Position numbers and translations under genes: made by a program. The notes under the pieces were generated by a model. That model was not told where the DNA came from. It was given only the letters and a program-made list of their open reading frames with translations, and ran no database searches. A stretch of 64,000 bases of DNA from a virus, in IMG/VR virus record IMGVR_UViG_3300043446_003158, positions 64,001-128,000 of that record, one strand, 5' to 3'. Below, piece after piece: positions 19,460 to 26,613 of this stretch (the stretch's first letter is position 1; every line of letters starts with the position of its first letter).

Positions 19460-19678
19460 TCAAGATGCTACTTCAATAGATTCAAGATCTTGATACAAGT
19501 ATTCCATGAGCATCTCATAATCATCCAAGGGATCTCCCGAAAATACTACGCCTTCATTTTCATAAAAACGACGAACTTTCTTATAAAGTTTTGGACTTTT
19601 TACATCAAGGTAGATTTCGCCATTAGCAGCAAGGCGAAGAGTGTTTACATCTTTCTTGAATTTTTGAATCAGAGACAT
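19460..19678 (-). CDS. Conserved cyanophage hypothetical protein
   Basis: 72-aa ORF behind a consensus promoter. Confidence 0.7.
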   Translation of the reverse strand: MSLIQKFKKDVNTLRLAANGEIYLDVKSPKLYKKVRRFYENEGVVFSGDPLDDYEMLMEYLYQDLESIEVAS

Positions 19679-19701
19679 TGTTTTGAATTGTTTACCCTAG
19701 T

Positions 19702-19730
19702 ATTATAAAAGTTAAAAACGTTTTAGTCAA
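19702..19730 (-). promoter_or_regulatory. Sigma70-type promoter TTGACT-17-TATAAT
   Basis: Consensus spacing read directly; palindromic motif lies just upstream of the -35 box. Confidence 0.8.
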
Positions 19731-19755
19731 GTGGTCCAATTAAGAAACTGGACAG

Positions 19756-19829
19756 TCGGGATGATAGGATTTGAACCTACGGCCCCTCGCTCCCAAAGCG
19801 AGTGCTCTACCAAACTGAGCTACATCCCG
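19756..19829 (-). tRNA. tRNA-Pro(UGG)
   Basis: Cloverleaf CGGGATG...CATCCCG; anticodon loop TT-TGG-GA; GTTCAAAT T-loop. Confidence 0.93.
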
Positions 19830-19834
19830 TTTAA

Positions 19835-20359
19835 TCATTCCACAAGAGTGAAATTAATTTGCCCCCCTTTAACCCAACAATGGGCAGTTGGACTACCAGA
19901 AGTATAATCATAAACTAAAGTATATTTTGATGTACTTAGTTTAAAAGGATCTTGAACATGTATATCTCTCCAACTTTGTCCAGAAAAATTAATTTCTTTC
20001 CAAAGTCCTCCAGACCAAATATCAAAACTTTTTCCAGAAGTTGGATATTGATTAGAACTATTTTGACTCTTATATGTTATATAATTATAATAAGGATTAT
20101 CATCTAAAGCAATATCATACCAAGTTTCTCCTGCTGGCCAATTTTTAACTCCATTTGTGGAATCAGGACTAAATGTATAAGTTTGACCAGAAACAACAAC
20201 ATCTATATCAGCAGGGCGAGCAGAAATTGCTGGAAGATCAGGATCAATATTAAGTAATGTTCCCGTCCATCCTAAAAAAACTCCACCACTCATTCCCTGT
20301 CCACCTTCTAATATTTCAGCACCACTTACTGAAGTGATTTCAAAAGTTACATTTGCCAT
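19835..20359 (-). CDS. Hypothetical protein (beta-rich, possibly a virion or fibre domain)
   Basis: 174-aa ORF rich in G/S/T and aromatic residues. Confidence 0.6.
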   Translation of the reverse strand: MANVTFEITSVSGAEILEGGQGMSGGVFLGWTGTLLNIDPDLPAISARPADIDVVVSGQTYTFSPDSTNGVKNWPAGETWYDIALDDNPYYNYITYKSQNSSNQYPTSGKSFDIWSGGLWKEINFSGQSWRDIHVQDPFKLSTSKYTLVYDYTSGSPTAHCWVKGGQINFTLVE

Positions 20360-20372
20360 GTTTTATTTAAAC

Positions 20373-20489
20373 TTATTTTCTATTATGTATATATGCAATT
20401 CCCATAATAGGAACTACAATTATACCAAATCCACAAAGTCCTAACCAAATTGGACTATTTGCAAGTGTTTCTACTATGTGAAAAATCAT
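20373..20489 (-). CDS. Single-TM microprotein
   Basis: MIFHIVETLANSPIWLGLCGFGIIVVPIMGIAYIHNRK. Confidence 0.5.
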   Translation of the reverse strand: MIFHIVETLANSPIWLGLCGFGIIVVPIMGIAYIHNRK

Positions 20490-20578
20490 CGTGGATAAGC
20501 ATGTGTAAGACCCCAATAAATCCAAGACCCAATAAGTATAGCATAAATCAGCGTAGAAATCAAAAGTGTTTTAGTCAT
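20486..20578 (-). CDS. Single-TM microprotein
   Basis: MTKTLLISTLIYAILIGSWIYWGLTHAYPR; ATGA coupling to the next ORF. Confidence 0.5.
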   Translation of the reverse strand: MTKTLLISTLIYAILIGSWIYWGLTHAYPR

Positions 20579-20771
20579 CTTCCTCTTTAATTATTTTATC
20601 TTTTAATAGTTCTTCTAATCTTTTTCTCATGTTATTGCTATCTTGCTTCATGTAATCGCGTAAAGAATAACCACGTTGATTTCTTAAAATACATGTACCT
20701 TGATAAAACATTGTTGCTGCAAATACCAACAACAATACAATACCAATTATTTCAGGGTAATGTTGAGCCAT
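20571..20771 (-). CDS. Small membrane-anchored protein
   Basis: 66-aa ORF with N-terminal TM helix. Confidence 0.6.
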   Translation of the reverse strand: MAQHYPEIIGIVLLLVFAATMFYQGTCILRNQRGYSLRDYMKQDSNNMRKRLEELLKDKIIKEEDD

Positions 20772-20950
20772 GGTAAAAGCGGAGGAATAACACCTACTAA
20801 CCTTAAAAGTCCTTCAGCAAATAAAGCAAGAACCACCCAACCGACGCACATACTAATGATAGAAGCATTACGGTTGTGTCGTCGTATTGCTGCATCAATC
20901 ATCTCCTGAACTTCAGAACGTGTAATAAACTCTTCCTGCTCATACATCAT
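20747..20950 (-). CDS. Small membrane protein
   Basis: VQEMIDAAIRRHNRNASIISMCVGWVVLALFAEGLLRL. Confidence 0.6.
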   Translation of the reverse strand: MMYEQEEFITRSEVQEMIDAAIRRHNRNASIISMCVGWVVLALFAEGLLRLVGVIPPLLPWLNITLK

Positions 20951-21095
20951 TTCTCATCTCCAAGAATTTTGCAAGGGGATCTCTGCGGGTTTTTACAATT
21001 TCCACTGCTCTTTTATAAAACATATTGTCCGTATTACCAGACTCTTCAAATGTTGCCTTGATCTTCACCCAATTATCATAGGTGTGCTGATCCAT
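20940..21095 (-). CDS. Small hypothetical protein (not in ORF track)
   Basis: MDQHTYDNWVKIKATFEESGNTDNMFYKRAVEIVKTRRDPLAKFLEMRNDV. Confidence 0.6.
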   Translation of the reverse strand: MDQHTYDNWVKIKATFEESGNTDNMFYKRAVEIVKTRRDPLAKFLEMRNDV

Positions 21096-21198
21096 AGGAT
21101 TTTAAGTTGAATACTACTAGTTAGTCTAGTCAGTAGTTTCAACTTGTCAACTATGTGTTGGTTTCAAGAAAGTGATTAAGAAATTATTAAATTTAAAA

Positions 21199-21282
21199 CG
21201 GAAGTGGTTGGATTCGAACCAACGGTGCTATTAACACGCTTGTTTTCAAGACAAGTACCTTAAACCACTCGGTCACACTTCC
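21199..21282 (-). tRNA. tRNA-Ser(UGA)
   Basis: Class II cloverleaf with long variable arm; anticodon loop CT-TGA-AA. Confidence 0.92.
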
Positions 21283-21291
21283 AAAAAGTCC

Positions 21292-21549
21292 TCAACGAAC
21301 TTCAAAATCTAAACGTCTTACTTTACGTTGACGACGTGCCTCTTGCCAGGCAATATCTTCATTTGTAAGAACACCTTTTTTAGATTTATTATTTATAGAG
21401 TTTAGCATAACAATTTGTGATAAGTCAACTGCTGAGATAACTCCTCCACGAATTGTTGCCATATTAGGACAACCACATGTTACAGTTTTAGTAGGATGCC
21501 CCTCTAACTCCCTACCACAGGAGCGACATCTGATTCTTAAATTTTCCAT
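21292..21549 (-). CDS. Zn-ribbon hypothetical protein
   Basis: CxxC ... CxC pattern. Confidence 0.65.
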   Translation of the reverse strand: MENLRIRCRSCGRELEGHPTKTVTCGCPNMATIRGGVISAVDLSQIVMLNSINNKSKKGVLTNEDIAWQEARRQRKVRRLDFEVR

Positions 21550-21557
21550 GATACCAT

Positions 21558-22091
21558 CTATTCTTCTATTTGTTCTTCAGTATTTTCTTTTATTTGCTCT
21601 TCAATAATTTCTTCTATTACTTCTTCTTCTACTTCTTCTTGAACTTTTTTGGATCCAGAATCAGAGAATGAACGAAGCATCCATACAAATTTACCATGAG
21701 ACTCCATTAAATCTTGAACTAGATTTGCAGTCGCATATGATTTTTGTTGTTCAGATTCTTCGGATATTTTAGACATCATATCACAAAAATCAATATTTGA
21801 TTGAAGAAGATCGGAAATCATATTTTCCGCATTTGCAGAACTTGATGCTTCTTTGATTTTAGAAACTTCAAGAACACGATTTAAACTACTCAAAGGTTTT
21901 ACATTCAAGTATCTCATATGTTCTGATAATCTATCTATCTCTTCAAACATGGTCTCATATTGACCACCAAAAAGAGTATGAAGTTGTTGAAAATCTTGTC
22001 CAACAACATTCCAGTGATAAACCCAAGTTTTATGAAATAGAACGAAAAGAGATGCCTGGGCATCACTTAACAGTTTAAACAGTGTTTCCAT
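21558..22091 (-). CDS. dps: Dps/ferritin-like DNA-protecting protein
   Basis: KTWVYHWNVVG..FQQLHTLF, IDRLSEHMR, ESHGKFVWML; start METLFK follows a late promoter. Confidence 0.88.
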   Translation of the reverse strand: METLFKLLSDAQASLFVLFHKTWVYHWNVVGQDFQQLHTLFGGQYETMFEEIDRLSEHMRYLNVKPLSSLNRVLEVSKIKEASSSANAENMISDLLQSNIDFCDMMSKISEESEQQKSYATANLVQDLMESHGKFVWMLRSFSDSGSKKVQEEVEEEVIEEIIEEQIKENTEEQIEE

Positions 22092-22107
22092 TATACCATT
22101 TTTTAGG

Positions 22108-22115
22108 TATTTATA
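22108..22115 (-). promoter_or_regulatory. T4-type late promoter TATAAATA (dps)
   Basis: Exact gp55 -10 consensus 17 nt upstream of the dps ATG. Confidence 0.7.
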
Positions 22116-22118
22116 AAG

Positions 22119-22190
22119 TGGGCAATATCGGATTCGAACCAATGACCAACTGCGTGTAAAGCAGCTGCGCTACCGCTGCGCTAATCGCCC
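22119..22190 (-). tRNA. tRNA-Val(UAC)
   Basis: Cloverleaf; anticodon loop TT-TAC-AC. Confidence 0.92.
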
Positions 22191-22198
22191 ATAAAAAA

Positions 22199-22363
22199 TT
22201 AATTTTTGTCCATCATATATTCTACGGTATTTGCCACATCATTCATGGCATCGCGTAAATTTTCTCTTTGTCCAGATTCTTGTTTAATGATTGGTCGATG
22301 ATCGTCGGTTAAAGTCCAACGCCACTGCTTCATATCTTTGCAATACCAAAGATTAATTTTCAT
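22199..22363 (-). CDS. Small hypothetical protein (not in ORF track)
   Basis: MKINLWYCKDMKQWRWTLTDDHRPIIKQESGQRENLRDAMNDVANTVEYMMDKN. Confidence 0.6.
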   Translation of the reverse strand: MKINLWYCKDMKQWRWTLTDDHRPIIKQESGQRENLRDAMNDVANTVEYMMDKN

Positions 22364-22385
22364 TCATTTCTCTCTTTCCTTATAT

Positions 22386-22420
22386 AGGATACATTAAAAA
22401 GGGGAGTTTGTCAACTCCCC
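22386..22420 (-). promoter_or_regulatory. Terminator hairpin containing promoter TTGACA-17-TATCCT
   Basis: GGGGAG-TTGACA-AACTCCCC-TTTTT then -10 box. Confidence 0.7.
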
Positions 22421-22444
22421 AATCTTACCTTATAAGGTTAAGTA

Positions 22445-22816
22445 TCAGAAAGCATAACGAACTTTCAGTTCGCCACCGAGTCCAAACACTTCGGAATCAA
22501 AACCATACTCACCAGCAACTTTGAATTTGCCAGTCAGTTGATTAGCAATAGGGAAGTTGATACCGACTTCACCAACAGCAACGCCTTGACCATCTTGACC
22601 ATTACGCCACTCATAACCAGGACCAATTTCACCAAACACAGTTACACCATTAGTGCTAACTTTTTGCTCATAACCAACACGAAGTTCGGTTTGAGCGCCA
22701 GTGTAATCACCGTCAACAAGAGCAGTGGTAGTCTTGCTTTCTACATAAGGGCCAGCAAACGCAGCCGAAGCAAGGAAAGGAGATGCAGCAACAGCTGCGA
22801 TAGCGGGTTTAAACAT
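22445..22816 (-). CDS. Exported outer-membrane beta-barrel-like protein
   Basis: Signal peptide ending ASAAFA|GPYV, alternating beta pattern, C-terminal aromatic motif YAF. Confidence 0.65.
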   Translation of the reverse strand: MFKPAIAAVAASPFLASAAFAGPYVESKTTTALVDGDYTGAQTELRVGYEQKVSTNGVTVFGEIGPGYEWRNGQDGQGVAVGEVGINFPIANQLTGKFKVAGEYGFDSEVFGLGGELKVRYAF

Positions 22817-22930
22817 AATAGTACCTCTATAGTTTCTCGCAGAGTAATACCTGCGGATGTAAGGAGTTTCGACAAACTCCGTTTATTTCAGTGAGTCAAC
22901 GAGTATTTGAGGTCTCATCACCTGAACATA
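22817..22930 (-). ncRNA. Structured 5' leader RNA, resembling my recollection of the manA motif
   Basis: Hairpins GGAGTTT-GTCG-AAACTCC and CGCAG-GTATTACT-CTGCG plus a TTCAG..GTGA/TCAC..CTGAA stem, behind a TTGACA promoter. Confidence 0.55.
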
Positions 22931-22990
22931 TTTATTTTAACATTCTCTTTGGGATCATGTCAAGTGGGGGGAAAACCGTACTTTTAAAAG

Positions 22991-23062
22991 AGCGGGGTAT
23001 CGGAATCGAACCGACGACATCTAACTTGGAAGGATAGCGTTCTACCGCTGAACTAACCCCGC
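22991..23062 (-). tRNA. tRNA-Gly(UCC)
   Basis: Cloverleaf; anticodon loop CT-TCC-AA; U73. Confidence 0.92.
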
Positions 23063-23109
23063 AAAATGGGAGAAATCTCCCAGCACATTTCCTTCACACG
23101 GATAGGAAT

Positions 23110-23138
23110 ATTATATAGTAATTTTTAAATTATGTCAA
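23110..23138 (-). promoter_or_regulatory. Sigma70-type promoter TTGACA-17-TATAAT driving tRNA-Gly
   Basis: The -35 box lies in the last codons of the upstream oxygenase gene. Confidence 0.75.
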
Positions 23139-23699
23139 GTCGTTTGCAACTACAGAAAAATTTAAAATACATCTTGGATTTTTTTTAGGAATTCCTGCAG
23201 CATGATATAAAGATCCATCAAAAACAACGACTCTACCTTTTTTTGGACATACTTCTTGCAATATTTTTGGTTTATAATCTTTTGGTTTAATTAAACATTT
23301 ATTTTTTTCAAATTTTTCTTTAGAAATAATAGTATTTCCATCAGAATTATTTACATAATACAAATAAACTAAATGTGGTTCATCAATATCAACATGAAAT
23401 AAGTCATTATATTTAGAAGAACGTGATGGTATCTGTAAAAAACTTCTACCATGTATTGCGGAAATATTAATTTTTATTTTATTAGAAATTTGATTAACTA
23501 AAGAAATTACATGCTCATATGCTGGACTCTTATTTTTTTTATCCAAAGTAATCAAAGAATGAGAAAATCCTACTCCAGAAAATTCCCCACCACCAACTAT
23601 ATCAGAAGTAAAAAACCAAGGAAAATTTGTTCCTAAAAAATAGGTTTCTAATTTATCTTGGTAATCTTTTGGTATAACGTTATCTATTATTCTGATCAT
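23130..23699 (-). CDS. 2OG-Fe(II) oxygenase superfamily protein
   Basis: FHVD (HxD), YLYYVNNSDGNT, FDGSLYHAA, R near the C-terminus. Confidence 0.78.
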   Translation of the reverse strand: MIRIIDNVIPKDYQDKLETYFLGTNFPWFFTSDIVGGGEFSGVGFSHSLITLDKKNKSPAYEHVISLVNQISNKIKINISAIHGRSFLQIPSRSSKYNDLFHVDIDEPHLVYLYYVNNSDGNTIISKEKFEKNKCLIKPKDYKPKILQEVCPKKGRVVVFDGSLYHAAGIPKKNPRCILNFSVVANDLT

Positions 23700-23715
23700 A
23701 TCAATTTTTTTTAGA

Positions 23716-23787
23716 AGCCCCCGACTGGATTTGAACCAGCGACCAACGGTTTACAAAACCGTTGCTCTACCACTGAGCTACAGAGGC
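23716..23787 (-). tRNA. tRNA-Thr(UGU)
   Basis: Cloverleaf; anticodon loop TT-TGT-AA. Confidence 0.92.
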
Positions 23788-23791
23788 GAAA

Positions 23792-23892
23792 GGTGATGAG
23801 TGCCCATCACCCGCAGAAGACACTTTCTGCAAGTTTCACTGCATTAGAGGGCAGTGAAAATATGATAGAATCGAACATTTCCAACCCTATCA
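23792..23892 (-). ncRNA. Candidate ncRNA: four hairpins with a kissing-loop pair, between tRNA-Asn and tRNA-Thr
   Basis: Stems TGATAGG/TCTATCA, TTTCACTGC/GCAGTGAAA, GCAGAA/TTCTGC and GGTGATG/CATCACC; loops AGTGTC and GGCACT are complementary. Confidence 0.55.
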
Positions 23893-23893
23893 A

Positions 23894-23966
23894 CTCCCCC
23901 ACCTGGACTCGAACCAGGAACCCCAGAGTTAACAGCTCCGTGCTCTGCCAATTGAGCTATAAGGGA
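23894..23966 (-). tRNA. tRNA-Asn(GUU)
   Basis: Cloverleaf; anticodon loop CT-GTT-AA; G73. Confidence 0.92.
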
Positions 23967-23970
23967 ATAA

Positions 23971-24053
23971 TGGTAGGAGGGATTTCTATGTGCCGACAGA
24001 ATCACCTTTCACATCATCCAGTCTAAACCAGCGAGAGGTGTTGCACTTCCTAC
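23971..24053 (-). ncRNA. Candidate structured RNA of tRNA size in the tRNA operon
   Basis: Terminal stem GTAGGA/TCCTAC enclosing CACCT/AGGTG and TCTGT/ATAGA stems; no anticodon arm. Confidence 0.4.
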
Positions 24054-24141
24054 ATTTGATGGAGTAAGTGTGATATACCTCATAAGGATATAACAGGGAC
24101 TTACCCTCTATCACTTTTATATATGGAGAATAATTCTCCAA

Positions 24142-24215
<74 letters not shown>

Positions 24216-24241
24216 ATTGTGGAAGAGCAAATTCTTCCAAA

Positions 24242-24313
24242 TAGGACTGCAGAGAATTGAACTCTGTTCACACCGTTATAAGCAGTGGGCTTTAACCAAT
24301 AAGCAACAGTCCC
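24242..24313 (-). tRNA. tRNA-Ile(UAU)
   Basis: Cloverleaf; anticodon loop CT-TAT-AA; A73. Confidence 0.85.
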
Positions 24314-24400
24314 ATAGGGACCTCTCTGTTTGTGCATTGTTAAGAGGCATGAGAGGGGCGGGTCTTATGCGAGGGTTGGAACCCCGCTGCCCATAAGAGT

Positions 24401-24429
24401 ATTATAAGGGATGGTAGTAAGGTTGTCAA
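24401..24429 (-). promoter_or_regulatory. Sigma70-type promoter TTGACA-17-TATAAT driving the Ile-Arg-Asn-Thr tRNA operon
   Basis: Perfect consensus read directly. Confidence 0.85.
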
Positions 24430-24435
24430 GGGTCC

Positions 24436-25134
24436 TTACCAAACGCTAGTTAAGCAATGGCGAGTAAAAAATTGAGTGTTAGTTTCAATTAAAGTATAAA
24501 ATTCATCTAATATTTCTTTATACTTTTTAGAAGTATAATCACTTCCAGCATTATTAAATTGATATTTTGGAACTTGATAAAATCTCTCTTTTGGTAAAAT
24601 TCCAATTTCATCAGTAATTAATTTGGACATATATTTTGGTCCAAAAGAATTTAAAATAAAATCAACTTTATTAAAAGACAAATTTGAATTTTCAATAATA
24701 TCAAAATTTATAATACTATTTTTCATACAGGTTTCCCAAAAATTATGTTTTCTGACAGATGCCATCAAACAATTAGAAATTTTTTCTCCCCAATTAGGCC
24801 AAGACTCTATGAGATAAACACTTTTGTATTGTAAAAAATTATAAAAATTAGAGTAACAATACATATCCATATCTGCATATATTCCCCCATACTTATGAAG
24901 AATGCAAAATCGTGCAAAATCAACTCTCATAATATGATATGGCCAAGAATCATAGTATTCTAAAAATTCAGAATACTCAACTTTAACAAGATTTCTAAGA
25001 TCATCATCACTCCACATTATGTACTCAAAATCTTTAAATTTAGTTTTCCAAGATTTTTGGCACTCTTTCCAAATAGGATGCCAATCTTTTTCATGATCTG
25101 GAGCAGTTTGATGAATTATTTTTGGTATTTTCAT
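24436..25134 (-). CDS. Glycosyltransferase family 32 (DXD sugar-binding region)
   Basis: IPKIIHQT, RVDFARFCILHKYGGIYADMD. Confidence 0.85.
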   Translation of the reverse strand: MKIPKIIHQTAPDHEKDWHPIWKECQKSWKTKFKDFEYIMWSDDDLRNLVKVEYSEFLEYYDSWPYHIMRVDFARFCILHKYGGIYADMDMYCYSNFYNFLQYKSVYLIESWPNWGEKISNCLMASVRKHNFWETCMKNSIINFDIIENSNLSFNKVDFILNSFGPKYMSKLITDEIGILPKERFYQVPKYQFNNAGSDYTSKKYKEILDEFYTLIETNTQFFTRHCLTSVW

Positions 25135-25704
25135 TTATGCAAAAGGTGGCCCACCATACCACCCAACTAAAGAAATTCTTCTTCCCCAAGTTGTTTTTTT
25201 TACCCTATGAGAAACTATTGAAGGAAAAATAACAACGTCACCAGCGTCTAATTTAAAACTAATCGTTTTTTTTGTTGGATGAAACAATTCTAATTCTCCT
25301 CCCCCATAATCATTTTGAGAACTTAAACACATAACAATACTTAATTTTCTAATTTCATTAAATCCATTTGAATCTAACATGTCAATGTGCCATCTATAAT
25401 GACCATCTGGTGGTTCATATACAGTAAACTGTATTTGATCTTTCCAATCAGTCAAATTAAAATGATAATATTCTATATTTGCTGATCTGATAAAATGGGA
25501 AAGCATAGAAGCAACCCATGTATCTTTGTCAAGCCAACGTTGATTAGACTTTCTAATTTTTGTATTTAAATTGTTGTTTTTAGAATGTAATAATGATGGT
25601 TTCAAAAGTCTTTCATCATAAAAATCTTTTACAATGAGATCACATACATCCTTACTCATTTGAGAAGGTATATAATAATGCCCTAAAATAGGTTTATCTC
25701 CCAT
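25135..25704 (-). CDS. 2OG-Fe(II) oxygenase (PKHD/prolyl-hydroxylase-like)
   Basis: YRWHID, RKLSIV, YGGGEL, FPSIVSHRV, RISLVGW. Confidence 0.85.
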   Translation of the reverse strand: MGDKPILGHYYIPSQMSKDVCDLIVKDFYDERLLKPSLLHSKNNNLNTKIRKSNQRWLDKDTWVASMLSHFIRSANIEYYHFNLTDWKDQIQFTVYEPPDGHYRWHIDMLDSNGFNEIRKLSIVMCLSSQNDYGGGELELFHPTKKTISFKLDAGDVVIFPSIVSHRVKKTTWGRRISLVGWYGGPPFA

Positions 25705-25755
25705 AAAATAAACTCACAAGATATTTAAAAAAATTACATCAATCTTAAATTAAAT

Positions 25756-25947
25756 TTAATTTTTATTTTCTTTTCTGATATTTTTTTCTTGAGAAATTTC
25801 TAACCTACGAGTTTTAACAAGTTTAGAAATTTCTTGCAATGCTTTACGTGCTCTAGTTCCAGCAGCATTATTACCGTTTACAAACTTTTCATCTTCAGTT
25901 TGCCATGTTGCAAACAAAGTGGTAAGTTCTTGAATACTTTGTGACAT
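25756..25947 (-). CDS. Histone H1-like (Hc1-type) small basic protein
   Basis: GNNAAGTRARKALQEISK motif; likely start MSQSIQE. Confidence 0.6.
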   Translation of the reverse strand: MSQSIQELTTLFATWQTEDEKFVNGNNAAGTRARKALQEISKLVKTRRLEISQEKNIRKENKN

Positions 25948-26031
25948 AATAATCTCCAAAAAATAAGATATATCTATATAGCACACTTTTATTTTAGTGT
26001 CTTGAAAAATTTAAATTTAAAGTAAACTTAA

Positions 26032-26559
26032 TTATATTGGAATTAAACTTAACATACTATTTGGTTGTTGATTATCAGTTATAGAAACTTGAACATCAAA
26101 CCCTAGAGTAATTCTTGGTTCTTCATACTCTTCATCAACAATTACTTTATGTTTTCTATATCCAGGTCCTATGTAAATATTTCCAACCTCATTAATTATT
26201 TCATAATTTTCAAAGATTGTTCTTGTTTTTTTAGGATCAATGCAAATATATCCATGATAATCCCAATAATGATCATGCCAATCTAAAACTTGATTTGAAT
26301 GATGATAATTCAACCAACTTTGCATCCATTTTGTTTCGTTTGGTACATATTCAGTTATAATATTTTTTAATTCCTGAAATAAATTATTGAATAAAATTGA
26401 AGGTGAAGATAAAGCAAAAAAATTATATTGAGAATATGTCCAAGTTGAATCTTTACCGTTAAAGTATTGTTGATGTAACTGGTGGCAGTGATGAATTTGA
26501 TTTATTAATTCTTTTTGATTTTCAATAATAAAATCAGACTTATATATTTTAAAATCCAT
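26032..26559 (-). CDS. 2OG-oxygenase-like (double-stranded beta-helix) hypothetical protein
   Basis: QSWLN...DWHDH, HKV, RITLGFD. Confidence 0.55.
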   Translation of the reverse strand: MDFKIYKSDFIIENQKELINQIHHCHQLHQQYFNGKDSTWTYSQYNFFALSSPSILFNNLFQELKNIITEYVPNETKWMQSWLNYHHSNQVLDWHDHYWDYHGYICIDPKKTRTIFENYEIINEVGNIYIGPGYRKHKVIVDEEYEEPRITLGFDVQVSITDNQQPNSMLSLIPI

Positions 26560-26576
26560 AAATTAATTATCAACTA

Positions 26577-26602
26577 AAGGGGGAGTATGCTCCCCCTTAT
26601 TT
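26577..26602. terminator. Intrinsic terminator hairpin
   Basis: AAAGGGGGAG-TATG-CTCCCCCTTATTT with A/T flanks. Confidence 0.7.
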
Positions 26603-26613
26603 ATTCTATTGTA

